A stretch of 64,000 nucleotides of DNA from Eledone cirrhosa. Lineage: Eukaryota. Location of the stretch: contig OZ024752.1 in assembly GCA_964016885.1 (NCBI GenBank), forward strand, positions 37,014,001 through 37,078,000, given 5' to 3'. The notes under the pieces are model-generated. The model did no database searches and was not told where the DNA came from. It saw only the letters and a program-made list of their open reading frames with translations. A program made the translations under genes and the position numbers. Position 1 is the first letter of the stretch. Each line of letters begins with the position of its first letter. Positions 1-11,900 of the stretch are shown here, in pieces.

Positions 1-359
1 ACTTTCATCCCTCCTCAACACATGACCCAACCATCTTATTCCATTTCTTTTCATAACAATTATCACTGGCTCTATTCCCATTATCTGTTGCGATTCATTA
101 TTTTTCTCTAAAAAATATTTTTTTCTGATTCCGCTCTGCCCATCCCCTCAATCTTTGTAATTTGTCATTCCTTTTTACCTTTTATGATAAGTTCTTGTTT
201 TTTGGATATGTCAATATTTATAAAACAACTTTTGTATTTCATTTGATGAGAACGTACCAAAATTTTGGTACCCTTGAAATATATATAATAAAATAAATAT
301 GGTTTTATAAAGTATAGTTTCCATTTATTAATATCATTGATATATATATATATATATAT

Positions 360-1039
360 CATCATTTCATCATCATTTCATTTTACGTCTGCTTTTTCCC
401 TGCTTGCAAGGGTGGGACGGCAACTGATTTTGGCTTGATTTCTACAGCTGGATGTCCTTCCTAACACCAACCTCATTTACAGTGAGTGCTGGGTGCTTTT
501 TTGCCGTGGCACCTACACGTCCACTTTACAGTGGAATGATATATATATAAAGGATGGTGTGATCAAATGCAGAAATGCTATAAAGATAGCTTATAAAATA
601 AGATGAAGACCCTTTAAAAGAGTAGAAAAAGAAGTTCAGTGGCCAAGAACAACTTTTCTGTCTTTTAAGGGGCTTCACTATCTTTATAAAATTACTGTTT
701 TTAAGCACACCAACCTTTATACTTATGTATATATATATATAAGTACAAGCTGAAGCATATAGACAATATGCCCCCACACCCCCCACTGCAAGGTGGTCGT
801 GGAGGTGCCAGAGCAAAAAAGCACCCAGCCCACACTGTAAAGTGGACGTGTAGGCGCCACGAAAAAGCACCCAGCACTCACTGTAAATGAGGTTGGTGTT
901 AGGAAGGGCATCCAGCTGTAGAAATCAAGCCAAATCAGTTCCTGTATGAGCAAGGCATGGTCAGCCGACCAGACACTGCCCACAACAGGACAACCCGTCT
1001 AACCCATGCTAGCGTGGAAGAAGGGACGTAAAACGGTGG

Positions 1040-1070
<31 letters not shown>
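360..1070. mobile_element. Two SINE/RTE-tail fragments in inverted orientation (~360-535 minus, ~780-1070 plus)
   Basis: ctacagctggatg(t/c)ccttcctaacaccaacc motif and its reverse complement; (GAT)n tails. Confidence 0.8.
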
Positions 1071-1100
1071 ATATATATAATATTTATTATTTACTTTTAG

Positions 1101-1182
1101 GGTGTAGAAGGATGTTACATTTTACCAAAGCCACTTACTGATAAATATGGCAGCAAAGAATTTAGTGTTGATGGTAGCCTTG
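1101..1182 (+). CDS. TUBGCP2: TUBGCP2 exon a ([27 protein letters not shown])
   Basis: ttttag acceptor, GTAAGT donor; phase 0 to 1; resembles GCP2 GVDGRY...FLVDPNL. Confidence 0.9.
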
Positions 1183-4100
1183 GTAAGTTGAAGATCTTTC
1201 TAGACCTTTCCATTTAGTTTAAGTAAGAGATGATTAAAGGCTCTCTCTAATGATTATGTTTCTGAAAATACATATATTCTTAAAGGAAATATGTGCTGTT
1301 ATTGAACTTAGTTGTTCATATTCTCTCAATATTTAGGCTCTTACTATTAAATGTACTGTATATACTCAAATATAAGCTGACCCCACTATTTTATGTCTGA
1401 AAAATGGGAAAAAAAAAATGGGCAAAAATTGTTTTTGATAATTTTATCAAAAAGTATTGTGTTTGATAATTTTATTTAAAAGTATTGTTTACCCTGTTAT
1501 ATTTCTAGATCCTTCTTTATCTGAACTTGCACAACGAATTCTTCCTCTCTGTTCCTACTATTCTACAGTTGTTCGGTTTATTGAAGGTAAGGAACTGGTT
1601 TGTTTTGTTTTCAATTAAGAACATCACCATCATCATCATATAACATCTATTTCCCATGCTTGCATGGGTTAGACAGGTCAGGTGACATGTCTTGTTCATA
1701 CAGAACTGTTTCTGGTTTGGTTTCTATGGCTGGATGTCCTTCTTAATGACAGCCACATTACAGCATGGACTGGGTGCTTTTTATCATGGTACCAAAACTA
1801 TCATCTGACAACTTGGACTAGGTGCTTTTTTATATTGGTACCAGCATGACCATCTACAGGGTAGATTGGCTGCTTTTTCTTGTGTCACCAGCGCAACTAC
1901 CTCACAAGGTGTATTGGGTGCTTTTCCTTGTGTCACCAGCAATAACCATTTTACAAGATGGATTGGGTGCTTTTTGTTGTGTCATTATCATCATTTTATG
2001 TCTGCATTCTGTGCTTGCATGTTTTAGATGGACTGTCAGGGTTTCAGACAGCAGGGGCAAGAGAATCTTATCTTCTATGTTGCTTTTCAACATCATTTCT
2101 ATGGTTAGATGCCCTTCCTAATGCCACCCACTTTACAGAATGTACTGGGTGCATTTTATCAAGGTACCAGCGCAACCACTTTACAGAGCGTACTGGATGC
2201 ATTTTTTATCATGGCACCATAGTTTTAAAATCAATTGATTTCATAGATTGTTATTAAAATTTCTTTACTTTTAAACAAGCAAATTATAAACGTAAATATG
2301 TAAGTATGCTTTTGAAACGGTGCGCGAGTTTGAAATTATAAATTATAAATTATAAGCTTTCACCGTATTTTAGACTAAAGAAATTTCTAGCCTGATAGTG
2401 GGGTTTATAACCCTCGGAGAAATGGAAAAAGATGGAAAAAGATAAACCCCACTATCAGGCTAGAAATTTCTTTAGTCTAAAATACGGTGAAAGCTTATAA
2501 TTTCTAATTTCTAATTTCTTTACTTTTATTTTTTTAAGAGAAATCAGCTTATGAATATGGTTTGGTGAACCATGCCCTGGCTGCTGCTATGCAATCATTA
2601 ATAAAAGTAAGTATGAACTAATTAGCCATATCTTCATTAGTAGCATCAGGTATCTTCAACTTGTAGGTCACGTCATGTGAGACAACAACCCTACTACAAA
2701 ACTTTTACAATAGGAGCCCACTAATGTGAAAAGCAAACGTGGAAAAGACCTCTCAAGGCATTAAAGAGGGTCATTGCGGAAGATACAGAATTATCTGGTC
2801 AAGAACTGAGTGTGTTAATGTTGAATCGTGTGAGATAGAAAGGTTTTATCATGTCACCAGAAGTGGACGAATTTAGTAGTTGTAGTAGTAGTAATTAGTA
2901 CTAGTATTAATTTCTACTACTACTAAATTCATCCACTTTACAGAGTGTACTAGGTGCGATTTATCCTGTCACTAACCCTACAGTGGTTATCATATCTATA
3001 TATACATTTGATTTTATTCAGCTGTCCTATATGATTTTAGTTCAATATGTAATATTGATACTAAACTGTCTTTTATTGATCGTTATTTCAGGATTATAAT
3101 CTCCTTGTGGCACAGTTGGAAAATGAACACCATCAGGTTTGTATACCATAAACCTATTAGTAGTTTATTTCCTATTTCAACATAATTATTGTTTTCATTC
3201 AGTAAAATTTGTTGTGGTTGTTTTATAACATTCTCAAAAAGTGTTTTATAAATATGTATTTTGGTACTAATGAGTTTAGTATTGCCTTAGTTAATTAAGT
3301 GCTTTACAACAGGTGTTTGTTTGAAATTTAAATTATAAATTACTTTGGTGGTGAATTGGCAGAGTTGTTAGAATGATAGAGTGAAAGCTTTGTGGTATTT
3401 GTTCCTGCTCTCTGAGTTCAAATTCCACCTTGCCTTTCATCCATTTGAGTTCGATAAAAAAAGTACCAGTCTAATGCTGGGGTCGATTCTTCCTCTGTAT
3501 CTCTTTCTCACTTCCTTTCTCTCACTCTCTCTCTATCCTTCTTTGGAAGAAATCTGCTGTATTCAGACTTGGAGAGGGTGGGCCCCACCAGGTTTTAAAA
3601 ATGCTCTAGAAACACCATATGTCAATATGGCACCTCTACGACTCTTTCAGGAGTTATGGGTTCATACCATACCATATTACTATGGTATAATATTAGTTGA
3701 TATTAAAGAAGTTTGTTTCACTTACAACTGCCAATCTATATAGTTGTTGTTGTTGTCACTGCCATCGTTGGTTGGAATAGTGAACTAGTCATTTATTTGA
3801 ATGTTTATTGTCTTGTAGGGTCGATTAGCTCTGCAGAAGTTGTGGTTTTATGTACAGCCAACGATAAAGACCTTTGAGATCCTGGCTTCAATTGCAAACT
3901 CAATTAACAAGGTAAGTTTTACTCTATTTCTAAGACAGTAGGGTGTGGTTTGAGGGTGAATTGGTTGCTATTACTAGCAGGTTGTGTCACCACATAGAGG
4001 CTCTTTTTAGGGGAATCTTGAAGAATTATATTCACTCTCCTCCAATCCAATCCTCTTATAGATTAGACATTTCTATCAGTTGTTTATATCATTGGAAATA

Positions 4101-5544
4101 TTCCTCATTAGTTTAAGGCTGAGGTTAGCTTTGTCTTTCATCTTTGCAGGGGTTGATAAAATAAATTAAATTTCCAGTAAATGCACTGGGAGTAGATTTA
4201 ATCGACCCCCCCCCCCCCAAATTGTTGTCCTTATGCCTAAATCAGAAACCATTATTTTGTTGGATTGGCAGTATCGGTAGAGGGTCGGACGCCATGCTTT
4301 GCAGCAAAGAGTTACGGCCCTTTATGGTTTGAGTTCAAATCCCGCCGAGGTTAACTTTGCCTTTCATCCTTACGGGGTCGATAAAATAAAGTACCAGTAA
4401 TACACTGGGATAATTGCTGGCCTTGTGCCAAAAGTAGAAACAATTATTTTTACACTGTACCTCAATGAAGATGTTAGATTGGCATTAATTGGTAGAGGGT
4501 TGGACAACATGCTTTGCAGCATAGAGTTACATCCCTTTACGTTCTGAGTTTAAATCACATTGAAGTTAGCTTTGCTTTTCACCCTTACAGCTGTTGATAA
4601 AATAAAGTACCGGTAACACAGTGGGGTTGATTTAATCGACTTTCCCCTCTTACCAAAATTATTGGCCTTGGTGCCTAAACCAGAAGCCATTAAGTTTACT
4701 TCCTTCCTCATTAGTTTAAGGCTGAAGTTAGCTTTGCCTTTCATCCTCACGGGGGTTGATAAAATAAAGTACCAGTAATGTATTGGGCTCAATTTAACCC
4801 CCCTCCCCCTCCCATCTTCATCTAAAAAAAATTATTGGCCTTCTGACTAAATCAGAAATCATTATTGTTTTCTTCCCTTCAAGGTTAACTTTGCCTTTCA
4901 TCCTTACGGGGTCGATAAAATAAAGTACCAGTAATGTACTGGGTAATTGCTGGCCTTGTGCCAAAAGTAGAAACAATTATTGTTTTCTTCCTTTTATATT
5001 GAAATACTGAGATGGTTCAGTTTCTCTCTACTATTATTACAGGGGAGATGTATCGGAGATTCTGTGTTAACACTTTTACATGAAATGACATCAGGTTTTG
5101 CTGGGTAGGTCTATGTATTTTTTTACTACATAAATAAACATTTGGAATATTCATTTATCCTCTACTTTATAAAATATTTTTATTGCTACAATCTTTCCTC
5201 TATAAGACCTCCAAAAATAAGCCCTAGCATGAGTTTTAAGACCTACCTCGAAAATAAGCCCTAGCGCATTTTTGTGAGAAAAATTAATATAAAAAATAAA
5301 TTAAAATGTAGATTTCCAGAGTCTTGGTGATTACTAATATAATAGATTCTGTCAATGATATTGTTTTTAACTGTATGATATATATTCTTTATTTTTAACA
5401 TCAGTATAATGATATTTTTATCAAAATTCTTGTGCTGTTATTTTTTGTGTAAAAATATAAGTCTTATCCCGAAAATAAACCCTAGTGTCTTTTTTTTTCA
5501 AGGGAAAAATAATGTAAGATTTGTCTTACAAAAGGGGAAACACA

Positions 5545-5595
<51 letters not shown>

Positions 5596-5902
5596 TCTGT
5601 TTTCTCTACAATCAATCTTAGTGAGACTATTATGTAACTTAAAAAGATTCTGAGTGTTTGGACAAAAATAGTGTTGTATTTTGTCTGTCCCTGTATGCTC
5701 TAGTTACCTCCCTTTATGCCAATGTTGATCTTTTTTTTCTATTTTCCAAGTCTCTAATGTACCAGACAAAGTACTGGGGTTAATATAATCAACTACAATC
5801 CATCAAGTATGATGATTGCTGACGAATGAAACAGTTCTAGTCCTGTAGAATTCGTTTTTATAATAAAATAAAGATGCCTATACTCTACTAACATATTTAG
5901 TA

Positions 5903-5966
<64 letters not shown>

Positions 5967-8900
5967 CGTAAAATAAGAAAATTATAAAATTAACTTACTT
6001 ACTAAAATTTCACTCCCAACTAATTAGTTTCTGAAATGGAATAAATATACTTTCCGAAGAAAATATAGAGAATCATTTCGTCGTCAGGGAAGTCTATTCT
6101 CAGCTAAGTATCCAGGCAAAGCGTGGACTCTATATATATATATATATGTCCCAAAGAAATGTATACACATATACGTCAATGAGATGTTTTATATATCAGA
6201 TTTTTCAAGATTCTCATTCACCTTTTTAAATGAAATTTTGTTTTATTTCTTTATTTCTTGTAGAGATACCAAAAGTCAACAACTTTGTCTTTTTTTAACC
6301 CAAGCAGTAAGTTATTATTATTATTTTTATTTTTATTATTATTAGCAGTATCGGTAGTGCGTCAGCCACCATGCTTTGCAGCATTGAGTTATGGCCCTTT
6401 ATGGTCTGAGTTAAAATCCCGCCAAGGTTAACTTTGCTTTTCATCCTTACGGGGTCGATAAAATAAAGTACCAGTCACGCACTGGGGTCGATTTAATCGA
6501 CTTTCCCCTCCCCCCCAAAATTGCTGGCCTTGTGCCTATATAAGAAACCATTATTATTATTATTATAGGGCGTTGGATTGGCAGTATCGGTAGGGCGTCG
6601 GACGCCATGCTTTGCAGCAAAGAGTTATGGCCCTTTATGGTCTGAGTTCAAATCCCGCCGAGGTTAACTTTGCCTTTCATCCTTACAGGGTTGATAAAAT
6701 AAAGTACCAGTAATACACCGGGATAATTGCTGGCTTTGTGCCAAAACTAGAAACAATTATTATAAGGCGGTGGATTGGCAGTCTTGGTAGAGGGTCGGAC
6801 GCCACGCTTTGCAGCATAGAGTTACGCCCCTTTATGGTCTGAGTTCAAATCCCACCAAGGTTAACTTTGCCTTTCATCCTTATGGGGTCGATTTAATTGA
6901 CTTTCCCGTCTCCCAAAATTGATGGCCTTGGCCTTGTGCCTAAATCAGAAACCAGTGGGAAGGGTTAAAAGATGGACATGAGATGGCTAGGATTAAGGTA
7001 TTTGGTGATTCACATTCTGAGAGATGGTAAACAAAGTCTTCTTTGCCCACTTATTCCTGAGAGGGTCGTGGGGGCAGAGCCCTCAAACACTCCTTCCAGT
7101 GGGTCCTGTCAGAAGCAACCATCTCCAACTGATGCGGTTGGATCCCCAGGCATGACCAGACAAGCTCATGGATGTTATTCAACCATCTTGCTCGAGGTCT
7201 ACCCCTGGTCTCCCACCAGTTGATTTTGCCCGTAAAATCTGTCCAGCGATTCTTTCCTGAGACAAATTTCCCTGCTAAACTCTATTAATAATTGGTTTGT
7301 ACATTGTTGTATTGTTAAATGATTCGAAGATATAATTTCTCTTTTATTTAAAATTATTTTTCTGTATCTTTTATCAGGCATGTGCTCCATATTTTGAAAT
7401 TTTGGAGATGTGGATCTACAAGGGGATTATCAATGATCCCTATGAAGAGGTATGTCAGTTTATTATTGTTTCTTTCTTGAAGCTGATTATTCAGAGATTG
7501 CTCACTGTGTAACACATCCAGTACATGCTGTAAAGTTGGTGATAGAAACGGCATCCAACCATAGAAAGCTTGCCAAACAAAGGGTTGGAAGGACCCTTCA
7601 GTCATGGCAAAGAAATGGCAGCCTCTCTAGAGCTGGTGATCTACACAATAACCACACCCAGCACATGCTGTAAAGTGGTTGGTGTTAGGAAGGGCATCCA
7701 ACTGTAGAAAGCTTGCCAAACAAAGGGTTGGAAGGACCCTTCAGTCATGGCAAAGAAATGGCAGCCTCTCTAGAGCTGGTGATCTACACAATAACCACAC
7801 CCAGTACATGCTGTAAAGTGGTTGGTGTTAGGAAGGGCATCCAACTGTAGAAAGCTTGCCAAACAAAGGGTTGGAAGGACCCTTCAGTCATGGCAAAGAA
7901 ATGGCAGCCTCTCTAGAGCTGGTGATCTACACAATAACCACACCCAGTACATGCTGTAAAGTGGTTGGAGATAGGAAGGACATCCAACTGTAGAAAGCCT
8001 GCCTAACAAGCGGTTGAAGGACCCTTCAGTCATGGCAAAGAAATGGCAGCCTCTCTAGAGCTGGTTATCTACACAATAACCACACCCAGTACATGCTGTA
8101 AAGTGGTTGGAGATAGGAAGGACATCCAACTGTAGAAAGCTTGCCAAACAAACGGTTGAAGGACCCTTCAGTCATGGCAAAGAAATGGCAGCCTCTCTAG
8201 AGCTGGTTATCTACACAATAACCACACCCAGTACATGCTGTAAAGTGGTTGGAGATAGGAAGGACATCCAACTGTAGAAAGCTTGCCAAACAAAGGGTTG
8301 GAAGGACCCTTCAGTCATGGCAAAGAAATGGCAGCCTCTCTAGAGCTGGTTATCTACACAATAACCACACCCAGTACATGCTGTAAAGTGGTTGGTGTTA
8401 GGGAGGGCATCCAACCATAGAAAGCCTGCCTAACAAAGGGTCAGTTTTATTTGTCATCTGCTACCCTTTATATATTTCTACCACAATGTACCGGCTTATT
8501 GAAACTCATCAGTCATTTATTACATATCTCACTATACTTCATATTAACTATAACTACTTTAACCATCATATAATTTTAAATGATTAGCCCTTTAGCATTT
8601 ACATTACTCTATATTTACTATTGTATTTTTGTGATAAAGGCATTATCTTAGATAATTATCTCACATAATATCAAATCTATGACATTTTGATATTATTTAT
8701 TTTGAGAACAATAAATTAACATCAGTATGAGTGGCCGGTTACAGCTGGGTTTAACAGAAAAGGTGAGAGAATTCTGGCTGGATATGGCTGGTTTAAATGC
8801 TAATGAGTTAATGTAAACAGGAAAATACTGTTTATTGTAAATCTATCATTATTTTACCATTAACTGTTGTTTATCACAGTCTAATTTTTCTTTCCAGTTT

Positions 8901-11900
8901 TTTGTTGCTGAGAATGAAGAAATCAACAAGGAGAAGTCATACAATGAATATCCTTTTACTTTACTACAGTACAGTGTTGTATATTCTCAACAGCATTAGT
9001 GAAAGTATGGACTAGGTGCTTCTTCTTGTGTCACCAACACGACCACCTTACAGAGTGGACTGGTTGCTTATTGTTGTGTCACCAACACGACCACCTTACA
9101 GAGTGGACTGGTTGCTTATTGTTGTGTCACCAACACGACCACCTTACAGAGTGGACTGGTTGCTTATTGTTGTGTCACCAACACGACCACCTTACAGAGT
9201 GGACTGGTTGCTTATTGTTGTGTCACCAACACGACCACTTTACAGAGTGGACTGGTGCTTATTGTTGTGTCACCAACACGACCACTTTACAGAGTGGACT
9301 GGTGCTTATTGTTGTGTCACCAACACGACCACCTTACAGAGTGGACTGGTTGCTTATTGTTGTGTCACCAACACGACCACCTTACAGAGTGGACTGGTTG
9401 CTTATTGTTGTGTCACCAACACGACCACCTTACAGAGTGGACTGGTTGCTTATTGTTGTGTCACCAACACAACCACTTTACAGAGTGGACTGGCTGCTTT
9501 TTATCATGTCACCAGCACAACCTCATTACAGGGTGAACTAGGTGCTTTTTGTCGTATCACTGACACAACCACTCTACAGGGTTAATCACCACTCAATTTT
9601 TATATTCAAGATGCTTACATCATTATTTTATGCCTGGTTTTCCATGTTTTCATGAGTTGAATGTATCTTTTCCAGCCCAGCATCCTTCCCCTCATTGTGT
9701 TACTTCATCATCACTCACATAAGCTTCAGTGATTTGAGATCATCTCTCACTGTATCATCTATGTCTTAAGTCTATCTTGAGCCTGAAGACTCATCAGGCC
9801 GGTGTTTATCCTTGGTTTCTGTGGCATGAAGTGATTGACAGTACATGACTCTTCCCTGGGCAGGATGCCAGTTCATCACAGTTAAACCCCCAACTATTTC
9901 TAGTGCTTATTTTCAGCTGAGTATACTGGAGCAATGTGAAATGAAGTGATTGGCTCAAGAACACAACACATAACCTAGTATAGCAATCGAACCCATGACA
10001 TTATGATCGTAAGCTCAACACCCTTACCACTAGGCCACATGCCTTCATGTAATATCTTCACGTAATGTTTATCCTGGAATATATTTACCATAGAAAGGAC
10101 AATAGCCTCTCTGTCCATTAATGGCTTTAGGAAGTTACTTTTGTCCCATTAGGTGATAAGAAGGACATCCAGCTGTAGAAAGCTTGCCAAATGAAGAGTT
10201 GGAAGGACCCTTCAGTTGTGTCAAAGACATGACAATCTCTCCCGTGCACTTGGTAAAATGTGGGACCTTACGTAAAATAACATATGTAAATATAAGACAC
10301 TCTATAAACAAAGCTAACAATAAATAAATTACTCAGGGGACAAGACCATTGAATGCCAAACTTGCAACTAATACACTCATTTAATAAAGCCACTTCCAAA
10401 CTAAATGTCTATACTAGAACCAAGACATTATCCATAATTCATGTTATTTCCACCAGATTAATTAAGTCTTTTATTGTCCCTTGTTCAATTTCCTTTTTCT
10501 TTACAATCCAGAAAAAAAATCAGAAAGTTCATCATCATCATCATCACAATCAACACCACCACCATCATCACCACCATAACTACCACCACCACCATCATCA
10601 TTACCACCACCACCACCATAACTACCACCACCACCACCACCACCACCATAACTACCACCACCATCATTATCACCACTACCACCATCATCACCACCATAAC
10701 TACCACCACCACCACCATCATCACCACTACCACCACCACCACCATCATAACTACCACCACCACCACAACTACCACCACCACCACCACCATCATCATCACC
10801 ACTACCACCACCACCACCATCATAACTACCACCACCACCACAACTACCACCACCACCATAACTACCACCACCATCATTATCACCACTACTACCACCACCA
10901 TCATAACTACCACCACCACTGTTAATGTCTGGAAAAATGGATGTTAAATGATGATGATGATGATGGTGATGATGGTGACCATTGCCAGTTTGTTCTGGAT
11001 ATCTGGAATTCGAATTTAATCTTATTTCCTTGACTCTGTTTATGTATTGGGAGCAGAACTACGTTGTTAGAAAAGACAGAACTCCAATCTTCTTGGCACT
11101 GGTTGTCCAAGAGGTTTTAAATACTGGGAAGTATTTAAATGTTGTACGACAATGTGGTAAGGGGTCCTTTTTTTTATATACATTGTAAGATAATGTGATA
11201 AGGGGTCTTTTTTTATATACATTGTAAGACAATGTGATAAAGGATCCTTTTTTTATATACATTGTAAGACAATGTGATAAGGGATCTTTATTTTATATAC
11301 ATTGTAAGACAATGTGATAAGGGGTCCTTTTTTATATACATTGTAAGACAATGTGGTAATGGGTCCTTTTTTATATACATTGTAAGACAATGTGGTAATG
11401 GGTCCTTTTTTATATACATTGTAAGACAATGTGATAAGGGGTCCTTTTTTTATATACATTGTAAGACAATGTGATAAAGGATCCTTTTTTTATATACATT
11501 GTAAGACAATGTGATAAGGGATCTTTATTTTATATACATTGTAAGACAATGTGATAAGGGGTCCTTTTTTATATACATTGTAAGACAATGTGGTAATGGG
11601 TCCTTTTTTATATACATTGTAAGACAATGTGGTAAGGGGTCTTTTTTTTATATACATTGTAAGACAATGTGGTAAGGGGTCCTTTTTTTATATACATTGT
11701 AAGACAATGTGGTAATGGGTCCTTTTTTATATACATTGTAAGACAATGTGGTAAGGGGTTCTTTTTTTATATACATTGTAAGACAATGTGGTAAGAGGCC
11801 CAGGTGTAGAGGATTGGTGGAATTGTTAAAGAAGAGGATGGGATACCTTATGTTATCCACTCAGGTTCCTTGAGTAGATTTGACAAGTTCCATTGCACTC

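Larger units (their letters stand above)
8948..11043 (+). other. U12-type intron, AT 5' end, probable AT 3' end
   Basis: ATATCCTTT at 8948; branch-like TTCCTTGAC at 11026-11034; in-frame resumption at 11044 after ...TTTAT; no in-frame AG nearby. Confidence 0.8.

Noticed and set aside
4261-4350. tRNA-like A and B boxes (many copies)
   Set aside because: SINE heads followed by SINE core; no complete cloverleaf, so not called tRNA genes.
8948-9000. Extending exon i through YPFTLLQ to a downstream GT donor
   Set aside because: Extension has no GCP2 similarity and reaches TAG near 8997; ATATCCTTT is an exact U12 donor.
8999-9585. Cys/His-rich repeat ORFs resembling metal-binding proteins
   Set aside because: 48-bp minisatellite open in several frames inside the U12 intron.
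10353-10947. Poly-His and poly-Thr ORFs (also 47889-48980)
   Set aside because: Trinucleotide microsatellites; no splice or homology support.
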